The notes: a model not told the origin generated them from the letters alone. Shown: positions 10,358-19,375, counted from the stretch's first letter. The stretch: 64,000 nucleotides of DNA from an uncultured Clostridia bacterium (GCA_947166925.1 CAMVGD010000004.1:3793-67792); one strand, 5' to 3'. Numbers and translations: made by a program.

Positions 10358-11583
10358 GCCTTGCCCTCCCGGATGCGCTCCATCGCGCGGATCGTATTCT
10401 CTCTGGTTGCAAACGCCGTCATGCGGAAATAGCCTTCGCCGGCTTTGCCGAAGCCCGCGCCCGGTGTGCCGATGATGTGACAGCGGTCCAGAAGCTCGTC
10501 ATAGAACGCCCAGCTGTCGCCGCCGGGAACCTTGATCCAGACGTACGGCGCGTTCTGTCCGCCGTAGACCGTATAGCCTGCCGCCTCGAGCGAGGTGCGG
10601 ATGATACGCGCGTTTTCCATGTAGTAATCCACGGTATCCATGATCTCGCCGTAGCCTTCGTTATAGGCGGCTGCAGCGGCAACCTGCGTGACGTATGCGA
10701 CGCCGTTGAACTTGGTCGAGATGCGGCGCGCCCAAAGATCGCGCAGATGGACCGTGTTGCCGGATTCGTCTCTGCACACAAGATCCTTCGGCACGACCGT
10801 ATAGGCGCAGCGCGTGCCGGTAAAGCCCGCCGTCTTGCTCATCGAGCGGAACTCGACCGCACAGGTTCGCGCGCCGTCGATCTCGTAAATGGAATGCGGC
10901 AGCTTCGAATCGCGGATATACGCTTCGTATGCGGAATCATACAGAAGCAGCGCGCCGTTTCGATTGCAGTAATCGACAAACAGCCTAAGCTGCGCGTGCG
11001 TCAGCGTCGCGCCGGTGGGATTGTTCGGATAGCAGAGATAGATCACGTCGACCGGCTCCTTCGGAAGCTCCGGCACAAAGTCGTTTTCCGCGGTGGCAGG
11101 GAGGTATGTGATGTTTGCATAGCCGCCCATCACGGGATCGAAGACGCCGCTTCTGCCGCCCATGACGTTGGTGTCGACATAGACCGGGTACACCGGATCG
11201 AGCACTGCGATCCGGCAATCACGGGAAAACAGCTCCTGGAAATTTCCGACGTCGCATTTTGCACCGTCGGAAACAAAGATCTCATCCTGCGCGACCGGAA
11301 TGCCGCGGGACAGATAATCGCGTCTGCAGATCGCTTCACGCAGAAATTCGTACCCGAAATCGGGAGCGTAGCCGTGAAAGGTTTCCGCGTGCGCCATTTC
11401 GTCGACGGCACGGTGCATCGCTGCGATGACGGCGGGTACGAGCGGCTGTGTGACGTCGCCGATGCCCATCCGGATCAGATCGGCGTCCGGATGCGCTTCC
11501 AGATAGGCGCGGGCGCGTTTTCCGACTTCATAAAACAAATAATTGCCTTTCAGATTTGCGTAATCTCCGTTTGCGGTAAACAT
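10354..11583 (-). CDS. dapL: LL-diaminopimelate aminotransferase
   Basis: Start chosen at MFTANGDYANLKGNYLF (ATG preceded by AGGAGG), giving 409 aa. Class I aminotransferase with SMSKTAGFTGTRC (PLP Lys). The longer track ORF upstream has no coding look. Confidence 0.85.
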   Translation of the reverse strand: MFTANGDYANLKGNYLFYEVGKRARAYLEAHPDADLIRMGIGDVTQPLVPAVIAAMHRAVDEMAHAETFHGYAPDFGYEFLREAICRRDYLSRGIPVAQDEIFVSDGAKCDVGNFQELFSRDCRIAVLDPVYPVYVDTNVMGGRSGVFDPVMGGYANITYLPATAENDFVPELPKEPVDVIYLCYPNNPTGATLTHAQLRLFVDYCNRNGALLLYDSAYEAYIRDSKLPHSIYEIDGARTCAVEFRSMSKTAGFTGTRCAYTVVPKDLVCRDESGNTVHLRDLWARRISTKFNGVAYVTQVAAAAAYNEGYGEIMDTVDYYMENARIIRTSLEAAGYTVYGGQNAPYVWIKVPGGDSWAFYDELLDRCHIIGTPGAGFGKAGEGYFRMTAFATRENTIRAMERIREGKA

Positions 11584-11672
11584 AGGGATCCTCCTGCATA
11601 CTTTCATGATATTATAGCATATCCGACAACATCGGGCAAGATGATTCTGAGAGAACGGGGCGAAATACGGCG

Positions 11673-14036
11673 ATGCCGCGCCGATCGTCCCGGAACGGAT
11701 CGAAACAGGACGACGGAATGACGAATGCGTCCGACACCAAGCGCCGTACAAATACCCGTATCATGTCCTATAATTCCGGTATGCGGAAAAGAAACGGGAC
11801 AACCGAAACCGGAAAGGAAACGCTGATCGGAACAGCTGTGATGATCGGCGGGTTCCTGACTGCGCTGCTGCTTTCTCGCGTACGCATCCACGGACTGCAT
11901 TCGCCTTTATCGCTCGGACTTCTTCTCGGAAGTCAGCTTGCCGGATTTGAACCGGCGGCGATCGTCGGAGGCATCGTCCTGGGGGCGTTTGCAGAAGCAA
12001 AGCCGTACTGGCAGGGCGTTTCGGCGGCGCTGCTGTACTGGGGGATCACGCGGATCATCATCCTGATTCGTAAAAAATGCAGTCCTGCGGTCAGATTTCT
12101 GATCTTTACGCTGTGCATGGCGGCGACGCTTCCGATCTCCATGATCTACGGGACAGAGGAACTGCAGTACGGCTTGATTTCACTGCTGGTTTCCGTTTTA
12201 TCATCCTTCTGCTTCCGGCGCCTTTGCCTGACCGTAAAGACAATCGGACGGGCACGGATGATCACTGACATCGAACAGATCGCGATCGCGCTGTCGATCG
12301 GCGCGCTGATCCTGTCCGTATCCGACGCGGTGTTCCTCGGCTGGTCGTTCTCCGTTTCGCTGCTCCTCTTGCTGACGATGATCGCGGTTTCGGTCCGCGG
12401 GATCGTCGGAGCCGCATCCGGGATCTTCTGGTCCGTGATGCTGACGCTGTATACCGGATCCGATCCCGTTCTGATCGGGACCGTTTCGCTCGGCGCTCTG
12501 ACGGGAGCGGTCCTGCGGGAAAAAGGCAAGCCGCTTGTCATCGGTGCAATGATCCTGTCCGGCCTGCTGTTCCGATCGTTCTCGCCCGGAGAAGCCTACG
12601 GAATGAGCATCCCGAATCTGCTGTGCAGCGTTCTGTTTTTTGCACTGCTGCCGAGAGGATGGCTGACTGCGCTGAAGCAATGCTTTGATCCGCGTCTGCA
12701 TATGGAGAAAATAGCTGCGGACGCCGCAAAGCAGTCGGAACACCGCGCCTCGCGGGAGCTGGAGCGGATGGGGAAACTGCTCGGCGGCTTTTCCGGTATA
12801 TTTCATACCGAACCGCCGGAGGACGATACGGTCGATCGCTGGACCGTTCAGGGGGCGCTGGCGATCTGCCGCGGATGTGAAGTCCGCCGCCTTTGCTGGA
12901 GGGATCCGGTACTCATGCGGGAAGCGGTCAGAACGCTTGCGGAAGAAGCGGGAAAGGGCAGACGCGTCGAGCCGATCGATCCGATCGATGAAAACTGCCG
13001 GCATTTCGGAGACTTTTGCGCGTCCGTTCTGCTTTCCTATCAGCAGGCGCAGAACCGCAACGCGATCGTAAAACAGGTGCAATTACAGGCGGATGCGGCA
13101 GAACGGCAGCTGTCGGGCGCAGGCGCAGCGCTTTGCACCTACGCAAGGGATATGCGAAGCCGGACACGCAATACGAAGCTGACGGAACGGAGGATCCGCG
13201 ATCGCATCACGGAAGCCGGGTACGATCTTGATTCGCTGGACGTGTATGAGACGAACGGCGCGGAAATGATCTCGATCGGCGTTCGCCGTCCGCGCAGGAG
13301 AAAAACGCGGCTGTCCGAGGTGCAGACTGAGATCGAAAAAGCATGCGGATACCGTTTGCGCCGCATACAGTCGGCGCAGGATGAGGATCGCGTCTCGTTC
13401 ACGTTTGAACGGGATACCGAACTGCATGCGGCAGTACAGATCTCCAGAGTATCCGCTTCGGGTTCGGTCAGCGGAGATGCGGCCGGAGAATGCCGCATGC
13501 ACGGCGGACGTGTATGTTTTGCACTGTCGGACGGAATGGGCAGGGGACGAAAGGCGCGAAACGAGAGCGAAGCGGCGATCCGGCTGCTGTTCCGTCTGTA
13601 TCACAGCGGCGTTCAAAAGGAGCTGGTTTATGAAAATGTAAACCGTATGCTGCTTGCGCAGAATGAATCCGAAATATACGCAACGCTCGACGCGGTTTCG
13701 ATCGATCTGAATACCGGCGAAGCCGAAATGCTGAAATACGGAGCGCCACCGAGCTTTCTTCTGCGGGAAGGACAGGTCAGAACGATATGCGGAGAAGCGC
13801 TTCCGTGCGGGATCCTTGCGGAAGCGCAGCCCAGCGTGATCCGGATCCGCCTTCAGCGGAACGACCGGATCGTGCTTTGCTCGGACGGCGTACAGGACGT
13901 GCTGACGGAAGGAATGGAGAATACGATCCGTGCGGCGGAGCAGGCAGGCGGGACGACGGGAGACGCGCTTCTGGAGCTTGCACAGACGCGGGGCGGATCC
14001 GACGACATGACCGTGATGGTGATCCGGGTCGCATGA
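11673..14036 (+). CDS. spoIIE: Stage II sporulation protein E (PP2C serine phosphatase, polytopic N-terminus)
   Basis: About 10 TM segments followed by a PP2C domain (CFALSDGMGRGRKARNESEAAIRLL ... CSDGVQD ... GGSDDMTVMVIRV). The start is uncertain; in-frame ATGs at 11718, 11763 and 11781 are alternatives and none has a strong SD. Confidence 0.85.
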   Translation: MPRRSSRNGSKQDDGMTNASDTKRRTNTRIMSYNSGMRKRNGTTETGKETLIGTAVMIGGFLTALLLSRVRIHGLHSPLSLGLLLGSQLAGFEPAAIVGGIVLGAFAEAKPYWQGVSAALLYWGITRIIILIRKKCSPAVRFLIFTLCMAATLPISMIYGTEELQYGLISLLVSVLSSFCFRRLCLTVKTIGRARMITDIEQIAIALSIGALILSVSDAVFLGWSFSVSLLLLLTMIAVSVRGIVGAASGIFWSVMLTLYTGSDPVLIGTVSLGALTGAVLREKGKPLVIGAMILSGLLFRSFSPGEAYGMSIPNLLCSVLFFALLPRGWLTALKQCFDPRLHMEKIAADAAKQSEHRASRELERMGKLLGGFSGIFHTEPPEDDTVDRWTVQGALAICRGCEVRRLCWRDPVLMREAVRTLAEEAGKGRRVEPIDPIDENCRHFGDFCASVLLSYQQAQNRNAIVKQVQLQADAAERQLSGAGAALCTYARDMRSRTRNTKLTERRIRDRITEAGYDLDSLDVYETNGAEMISIGVRRPRRRKTRLSEVQTEIEKACGYRLRRIQSAQDEDRVSFTFERDTELHAAVQISRVSASGSVSGDAAGECRMHGGRVCFALSDGMGRGRKARNESEAAIRLLFRLYHSGVQKELVYENVNRMLLAQNESEIYATLDAVSIDLNTGEAEMLKYGAPPSFLLREGQVRTICGEALPCGILAEAQPSVIRIRLQRNDRIVLCSDGVQDVLTEGMENTIRAAEQAGGTTGDALLELAQTRGGSDDMTVMVIRVA

Positions 14037-14962
14037 AGGTCGCGATCGAACCGTTCCTGATGGACAATATGCTGATGAACTGCTGCGTTTATCTGCTCGC
14101 GGCGGCATGGATGGGCGTGCGGATCCGATTGTTCCCGACGGTCGCCGTTTCCCTGCTCGGAGCGGTATACGCATGGATCTCCCTGTTTTGCATGCCGGCT
14201 TTGCGGGAGCCGCTGCTGAAACTCCCGTGTTTTCTGATTTCGTCGATGCTACTGTTCCGGAGGGCCGGCGCATGGAAGTCGCTTCCGTTTCTTCTGCTTT
14301 CCGCAGCGCTGACGGGCGGCGCCGCCATGCTGCTGACGCTTCAGCTCGGTGGGCGTGTTTATGCCGACGGAACGATGATCGGCACCGTACCGCTTCGCGC
14401 GGCGCTGCTTTCCGCCGCCGCAGCTCTGTGCCTGCCCAGAATGCTCCGCAAGCTGCTGTCTGTCCGCAGAAGACATGCGCTGCGCACGGAGATCGTGGTA
14501 CGCCTTTCGGAGCATACGTACCGTCTCGACGCGCTGATCGACAGCGGTAACCTGCTCAGAGAGCCCTTGACGGGACTTCCGGTGCTGTTGATCGATCGGA
14601 AGGTCGACCGACCCTCGCTGCCGGTTCCGTTTGAAAAACTCTCCGGAAGCGGCATCCTGTACGGGGAGCGGCCCCGCGCAGTCGTACTGCCTGCATTCGG
14701 CAACGCGACAGTGGACTGCGTCTGCGTGCAGGCGCCGGTTCCGATCGGAAAGGCGCAGGCGGTTCTGCCGGAAAGCCTTTTACCGTATGATTGGAGGACA
14801 AAAGATGATCGCATGGCTTTATCGTATATGGGATCGCCTGCGCGTACGGCTGCGCATTGGCAGACGCGATATCTTATGGTACATTCACGGAAACGAAGGA
14901 CTTCCGCCGCCGCTCGATCCCGAGGAGGAAGCCCGCTGCATTGCGCTCGCACAGACCGATAA
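14033..14962 (+). CDS. spoIIGA: Sigma-E processing peptidase SpoIIGA
   Basis: Start at [12 protein letters not shown] (ATGA overlap with the spoIIE stop). Five TM segments, then the aspartic protease motif [15 protein letters not shown]. The reading frame has no stop until 14962, inside sigE. Confidence 0.8.
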   Translation: MKVAIEPFLMDNMLMNCCVYLLAAAWMGVRIRLFPTVAVSLLGAVYAWISLFCMPALREPLLKLPCFLISSMLLFRRAGAWKSLPFLLLSAALTGGAAMLLTLQLGGRVYADGTMIGTVPLRAALLSAAAALCLPRMLRKLLSVRRRHALRTEIVVRLSEHTYRLDALIDSGNLLREPLTGLPVLLIDRKVDRPSLPVPFEKLSGSGILYGERPRAVVLPAFGNATVDCVCVQAPVPIGKAQAVLPESLLPYDWRTKDDRMALSYMGSPARTAAHWQTRYLMVHSRKRRTSAAARSRGGSPLHCARTDR

Positions 14963-15518
14963 GGCGGCGAAGGATAAGCTGATCGTTCATAACCTGCGCC
15001 TTGTCGTCTACCTTGCCAGAAAATTCGAGAATACCGGTGTCCAGACGGAGGATCTAATCAGCATCGGCACGATCGGATTGATCAAGGCCGTCGAGACCTT
15101 CAAGGCGGAGAAAAAGATCAAGCTTGCGACATACGCCTCGCGCTGCATCGAAAACGAGATCCTGATGCATCTGAGGCGCACGACAAAGCTGAAGCTCGAA
15201 GTCAGCTTCGATGAACCGCTGAACGTCGATTGGGACGGCAACGAGCTGCTGCTTTCGGACGTGCTCGGCACCGATCCGGACGTCGTGAGCCGCGACATGG
15301 AGGACGAAGTCGAGCGGGAGCTTCTCGAAAAAGCGCTTGCGAAGCTGACGGACCGCGAACGGGACATCATCGACATGCGCTTCGGACTGAAAACCGGAAA
15401 AGCGCGTACGCAGAAGCAGGTCGCCGACGCAATGGGGATCTCGCAAAGCTATATCAGCCGGCTCGAAAAGCGGATCATGAAGCGCCTGAAGCGGGAAATC
15501 GTTCGTATGCAGTCATAG
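14805..15518 (+). CDS. sigE: RNA polymerase sporulation sigma factor E (pro-sigma-E)
   Basis: MIAWLYRIW pro-sequence, then [53 protein letters not shown] and [14 protein letters not shown], near-identical in pattern to B. subtilis SigE. SD GGAGGA lies 6 nt upstream. Confidence 0.95.
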   Translation: MIAWLYRIWDRLRVRLRIGRRDILWYIHGNEGLPPPLDPEEEARCIALAQTDKAAKDKLIVHNLRLVVYLARKFENTGVQTEDLISIGTIGLIKAVETFKAEKKIKLATYASRCIENEILMHLRRTTKLKLEVSFDEPLNVDWDGNELLLSDVLGTDPDVVSRDMEDEVERELLEKALAKLTDRERDIIDMRFGLKTGKARTQKQVADAMGISQSYISRLEKRIMKRLKREIVRMQS

Positions 15519-16286
15519 CTTGACATACTTTTCAAGCTGCTTCAACGCGCTTTTTTCCAGACGGGAGACCTGAGCCTGCGATATGCCGATCTCCTTGGAC
15601 ACCTCGACCTGCGTTTTACAGGCAAAATACCGGAGATTCAGGATCTTCCGATCCCGCTCGCCGAGATGGGAGATGCCCTCCCGCAGTGCGATCGCATCGA
15701 CCCGTTTTGCCTCGCTGTCTTTCGGATCGCAGATCTGATCGAGCACGCACAGCGTGTCGCCGTCGGCGTTGAACACGGGATCATAGAGGGAGACCGGGTC
15801 CGAGATCGCATCCAGCGCAAAGACCACATCCGGTTCCGGAATACCGAGCTCCTTTGCGATCTCGCTGACGGTAGGCTCGCGCGAAAGCGTGTCGGTCAGC
15901 TTCAGCTTTGCCTGCATCGCACGGTATGCCGTGTCGCGCATGGATCGGGGGACGCGTACTGCGCTGTAGTCCCGGAGATGTCTGCGGATCTCTCCTGCGA
16001 TCATCGGGACCGCATAGGTCGAAAAACGCACGTTCTGCTTCAGATCAAAGCCGTCCACGGACTTGATCAACCCGATGCAGCCGACCTGAAACAGATCGTC
16101 GGCAAGCTCCCCGCGACCGGCAAAACGCTGTACGACGGAAAGAACGAGCCGCAGATTTGAGTAGATAAACCGTTCGCGCGCCGCTTCGTCGCCAGCTTTT
16201 GCGCGTTCCAGAAGCGAGCGCATTTCCTCGGGCTTCAAACGGGGCAGGCGGGATGTATCGATATTTGTGATCTCCACCTTCTGCAA
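15513..16286 (-). CDS. sigG: RNA polymerase sporulation sigma factor G
   Basis: [20 protein letters not shown] (the SigG-specific N-terminus), [47 protein letters not shown] and [15 protein letters not shown] start 7 nt after GGAGGTG. Confidence 0.9.
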   Translation of the reverse strand: MQKVEITNIDTSRLPRLKPEEMRSLLERAKAGDEAARERFIYSNLRLVLSVVQRFAGRGELADDLFQVGCIGLIKSVDGFDLKQNVRFSTYAVPMIAGEIRRHLRDYSAVRVPRSMRDTAYRAMQAKLKLTDTLSREPTVSEIAKELGIPEPDVVFALDAISDPVSLYDPVFNADGDTLCVLDQICDPKDSEAKRVDAIALREGISHLGERDRKILNLRYFACKTQVEVSKEIGISQAQVSRLEKSALKQLEKYVKL

Positions 16287-16407
16287 AGAGAATCACCTCC
16301 GGACAATAGTCTGTCCGACCGGACGACCGTTCAAACGTCGCAGGGCGAATTTGACAGACTTTACCAATCGTGATACGATACAGCAAAGAGCGTTCGGAGG
16401 AAGCGTC

Positions 16408-17559
16408 ATGAAGCGTTTTCATGTGATTGTGTTGTGCATCCTGTGCCTGTTTGTTTCGATCGGCTGCGGCAGCCGACCGGCTGAACAGCCGCCCCAAAGC
16501 ACAGCGCCGGCGGTCGATGCGGAGGAGATCGTTGTATTTGCAACGGCGGAGCCGAAGGATACGCAGCAACCCATGCCGGAAACGGCGGCGCCGACGGATA
16601 CGCCGCTGCCGAGCGACACGTCGGCGAACGAGCCGACGGCGGAACCGACGGCCGCACCGCAGCGGTATGCGGTGGCGGACGACATGTATACGATCGCATG
16701 GATAAGCGATCCGCAGCACTATTCCGAGCAGTTTCCGGAGACGTATTACGCGATGACGTCGTTTCTGCGCGATCATCGCGATGAAATGAATCTTTCTTAT
16801 GTGATCAATACCGGCGATTTTGTGAACCATCCGGACGCGGATACGGAATGGGACGTCGCGGACAAGGCGCAGGCAATGATCGACGACATTCCGAACGGCG
16901 TGCTCGCAGGCAACCATGACGTGCTCGATCCGGTCGGCTATAAGACCTTTTGCGTGCGCTTCGGCGAAAAGCGTTATCGGGACAAGCCCTGGTATGGAGG
17001 CAGCTTTGAAAACAATCGGGGGCATTATGACCTTCTGACGGTCGGAGAGACGGATTACCTGTTTGTTTATATGGGCTTCGGACCGACCAAAAAGGCAATT
17101 GAATGGGTCCGGTCCGTATTCAAGCAATATCCGGATCGCGTCGGCATATTATGCCTGCACGACTATTACACGAAAAAGCTGACATTGTCCGAAGACGGGA
17201 AAAAATGGCATGAAAAGGTTGTAGCCAAGTCTCCGAATCTGTATATGGTCCTGTGCGGACACAAATACGGATCTTATTGTTTCCCGGAATCGTTTGACGA
17301 TGATAAGGACGGAAGGGAAGACCGGACGGTCTATCAGATGCTGTTCAATTATCAGGCGTCGCTGCATGACGGCGGCGGCGGATATCTCCGTCTGATCCAG
17401 GTCGATGAAGCGCGGGGAACGATGCACAACCTGACGTACTCGCCGCTCACAGAGGATTATAACCGGTTTGACGATCCGGTCAATCGCGAGGAATATTATC
17501 CATTCGACGAGAAGAATGAGGAATTTGATCTTCCTCTGCCGTGGAAGATCGAACACTGA
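16408..17559 (+). CDS. Metallophosphoesterase lipoprotein (calcineurin-like)
   Basis: Start MKRFHVIVLCILCLFVSIGC (lipobox) after GGAGGA. Contains WISDPQH, NTGDFVNH, LAGNHD and LCGHKY metallophosphatase motifs. Confidence 0.7.
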   Translation: MKRFHVIVLCILCLFVSIGCGSRPAEQPPQSTAPAVDAEEIVVFATAEPKDTQQPMPETAAPTDTPLPSDTSANEPTAEPTAAPQRYAVADDMYTIAWISDPQHYSEQFPETYYAMTSFLRDHRDEMNLSYVINTGDFVNHPDADTEWDVADKAQAMIDDIPNGVLAGNHDVLDPVGYKTFCVRFGEKRYRDKPWYGGSFENNRGHYDLLTVGETDYLFVYMGFGPTKKAIEWVRSVFKQYPDRVGILCLHDYYTKKLTLSEDGKKWHEKVVAKSPNLYMVLCGHKYGSYCFPESFDDDKDGREDRTVYQMLFNYQASLHDGGGGYLRLIQVDEARGTMHNLTYSPLTEDYNRFDDPVNREEYYPFDEKNEEFDLPLPWKIEH

Positions 17560-17576
17560 ATCGCGGGACAAAAGAA

Positions 17577-17606
17577 AAGAAGCGGAACGATCCGCTTCTT
17601 TTTTTG
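17577..17606. terminator. Bidirectional rho-independent terminator
   Basis: Hairpin GAAGCGGAACGATCCGCTTC with AAAAGAAAA upstream and TTTTTTT downstream. Confidence 0.7.
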
Positions 17607-17691
17607 TACAGTCAATTCAAAACCTGCAGCCCGGTTCAGGCTGTCCTGGTGCCGGTATAAAAGATGCCGGGAGAGAGATCAGCGACGCCGA

Positions 17692-17802
17692 TCAAAACAA
17701 GCTGCAGAGCAGAGCTGCAAGCTTCCGATAGAATACATGCGACCGAAGATGCGAAGCACGTTCGATCCGACGATACAATTTCTTCATTTCCAGGTTACTC
17801 AT
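17692..17802 (-). CDS. Hypothetical 36-aa protein (MSNLEMKKLYRRIERASHLRSHVFYRKLAALLCSLF)
   Basis: ATG sits 8 nt downstream of AAAGGAG, at the edge of an AT-rich island. A basic helix is followed by a short hydrophobic tail. I recognise no homology. Confidence 0.3.
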   Translation of the reverse strand: MSNLEMKKLYRRIERASHLRSHVFYRKLAALLCSLF

Positions 17803-18068
17803 CACAAAATCTCCTTTCTTGTATCTGATACAGAGTATAAAGGAGAAATATGTCAGAATTGTCAGAAACTTATGAAGAAAACACCAAAAATACGCGATAA
17901 AAGTATGAACGAGACTTGAATAAAATATGAACAAGGTGTAAAGTACAATGGGATAATTTATGAATATGCGAATTCGCAACGATAATAATAGATATAATTA
18001 TCAATATACCGATAATTATGGATACAGAAACATAAATCGGGTCCGACAGGCGCAATGCTGCCGGCAGA

Positions 18069-18096
18069 AGAAAAAAGGGGAGGCGGATCGCCTCCC
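18069..18096 (-). terminator. Rho-independent terminator of the 18205-18930 lipoprotein gene
   Basis: On the minus strand, GGGAGGCGATCCGCCTCCCC is followed by TTTTTT. Confidence 0.7.
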
Positions 18097-18204
18097 GAAA
18101 TAACAGAATACAGGTTTGTTCAGAGCGTTATCGGATCGGAAGCAGCATTCCGATCGATGCTGTACGGACGCTGAAACAGATGCGCGCCGCGCAGACCGGC
18201 GTTG

Positions 18205-18930
18205 TTATCTGGATCCGAGAATGGCAAGGATCGCTTTGCATTCGTCCAGGGTATGATAATTCTCGGCAGATTTTCCCGCCCGGTTTGCCTGGCGGATCTG
18301 TACCGAACTGACGCCGTCGGAGTACACGATATCGTCGCCGGCGGAAGAAGTATAATACGTATCGCCGTTTTCCGTAACCGCCTGATACGAGGATGAAAGC
18401 GACCTGACGAGCGATCCGGAGTCGTTCGGACGGATCAGGATCTCCAGATTGCACGCGTCGGTGCGATACTGCGCATTCCATTCGGCTTCACAGAGCTTGA
18501 TGCTGCCTTTGGGAGCTTCGGGGGATTTGATCAACTCCGCAGCTTCCTCGGGGGACAGAATGTTCTCGATATAAAACCCGTCTGTTTCAAGCCCGACGAA
18601 ATAGCGCAGACCGCCGTGCAGACATTCGTAATACGTATAGGACGCCTTGCCTTCCGACGTTTTTAATTTGCTTTCCCGGGATACGCAGACGATGTCGTCC
18701 TGCATGTTTTTGTCCTTGCTGCGCGATGTCTTCAGACAGAAGGGCTGACCTTCCGCCTCGTATGTGACGATATAGGTCAGGGAGCTGTAGGTGATGGGAT
18801 AGCGTTCCCCGAGCTTCCAGATGCCGGATCGCTCGAGCGCAAGTTCGCCGGAGCCGTCATTATGACCGCAGGCGGCAAGAATGACGGTCAACAGCAGCAG
18901 CGCCGCAGCGCGGAGAAAGTTTCGTCTCAT
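18205..18930 (-). CDS. Hypothetical lipoprotein
   Basis: 241 aa. Signal peptide with lipobox LLLTVILAAC. Coding-like codon usage. No domain recognised. Confidence 0.6.
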   Translation of the reverse strand: MRRNFLRAAALLLLTVILAACGHNDGSGELALERSGIWKLGERYPITYSSLTYIVTYEAEGQPFCLKTSRSKDKNMQDDIVCVSRESKLKTSEGKASYTYYECLHGGLRYFVGLETDGFYIENILSPEEAAELIKSPEAPKGSIKLCEAEWNAQYRTDACNLEILIRPNDSGSLVRSLSSSYQAVTENGDTYYTSSAGDDIVYSDGVSSVQIRQANRAGKSAENYHTLDECKAILAILGSR

Positions 18931-19047
18931 AAGAATGCCTTCTTTCCGAATGATGATTTATCATATCATAATCAGCTATAAAAGTCACGAGAAAATACAG
19001 GATGATGAGACAGAAAAAAGATATACGGAAAATAGTTAAATATATGC

Positions 19048-19076
19048 TTGACAGAATCAAATCTGTTGCCTATAAT
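19048..19076 (+). promoter_or_regulatory. Sigma-A type promoter for the tRNA pair
   Basis: TTGACA (19048-19053), 17-nt spacer, TATAAT (19071-19076), 11 nt before the tRNA-Thr 5' end. Confidence 0.65.
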
Positions 19077-19087
19077 AGAAAAGGTCC

Positions 19088-19163
19088 GCCAAAGTAGCTC
19101 AGTCGGTAGAGCGACGCACTCGTAATGCGTAGGTCAGGGGTCCGAGTCCCCTCTTTGGCTCCA
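19088..19163 (+). tRNA. tRNA-Thr (anticodon CGT)
   Basis: Manual cloverleaf: acceptor GCCAAAG/CTTTGGC, D arm GCTC-AGTCGGTA-GAGC, anticodon arm ACGCA-CTCGTAA-TGCGT, T arm AGGGG-TCCGAGT-CCCCT, encoded CCA. Confidence 0.95.
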
Positions 19164-19167
19164 ATGT

Positions 19168-19244
19168 CGAGGCGTAGCGCAGTTTGGTAGCGCGTTTGGT
19201 TCGGGACCAAAAGGCCGCTGGTTCAAATCCAGTCGCCTCGACCA
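19168..19244 (+). tRNA. tRNA-Pro (anticodon CGG)
   Basis: Manual cloverleaf: acceptor CGAGGCG/CGCCTCG, anticodon arm TTTGG-TTCGGGA-CCAAA, T arm GCTGG-TTCAAAT-CCAGT, encoded CCA. Confidence 0.95.
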
Positions 19245-19247
19245 CAG

Positions 19248-19279
19248 AGCACTTGCAAAGGGCAAGTGCTTTTTCTTTT
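19248..19279 (+). terminator. Rho-independent terminator after the tRNA pair
   Basis: Hairpin AGCACTTGC-AAAGG-GCAAGTGCT followed by TTTTCTTTT. Confidence 0.7.
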
Positions 19280-19375
19280 GCCTTTGGCAGACGACGGCGG
19301 TTGACTTTACCGGATGCATTCTCTATACTGAATGCAAAGAAACGGACGATCGTCAGGACGGAAGGGAGATCGGGG

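Noticed and set aside
13787-14032. Upstream in-frame extensions offered by the ORF track: spoIIGA from 13787, sigE from 14631, GNAT from 19184, xseA from 34792, folC from 51819, U32 from 25685, mntP to 22682, dapL to 11751.
   Set aside because: The extensions overlap the preceding gene or the tRNAs, translate to Arg-rich non-protein-like sequence, and skip internal ATGs that have good SD sequences and family-typical N-termini.
15513-16286. Calling this sigma factor SigF rather than SigG.
   Set aside because: The N-terminus [20 protein letters not shown] parallels B. subtilis SigG (KVEICGVDTSKLPVLK). There is no spoIIAA-spoIIAB upstream, and the gene is adjacent to sigE as sigG normally is.
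17870-18055. 61-aa very hydrophobic minus-strand ORF (and the 95-aa version of 17692-17979).
   Set aside because: TTG start without an SD, directly after a terminator. The Ile/Leu/Phe richness is a composition artefact of the AT-rich tract. Only the SD-preceded 36-codon 3' part of 17692-17979 was kept, at low confidence.
17960-18103. 47-codon Asn/Tyr-rich plus-strand ORF (MNMRIRNDNNRYNYQYTDNYGYRN...) in the AT-rich island.
   Set aside because: It has no SD. It reads straight through the terminator hairpin of the neighbouring gene. Its composition is what AT-rich DNA yields in any frame.
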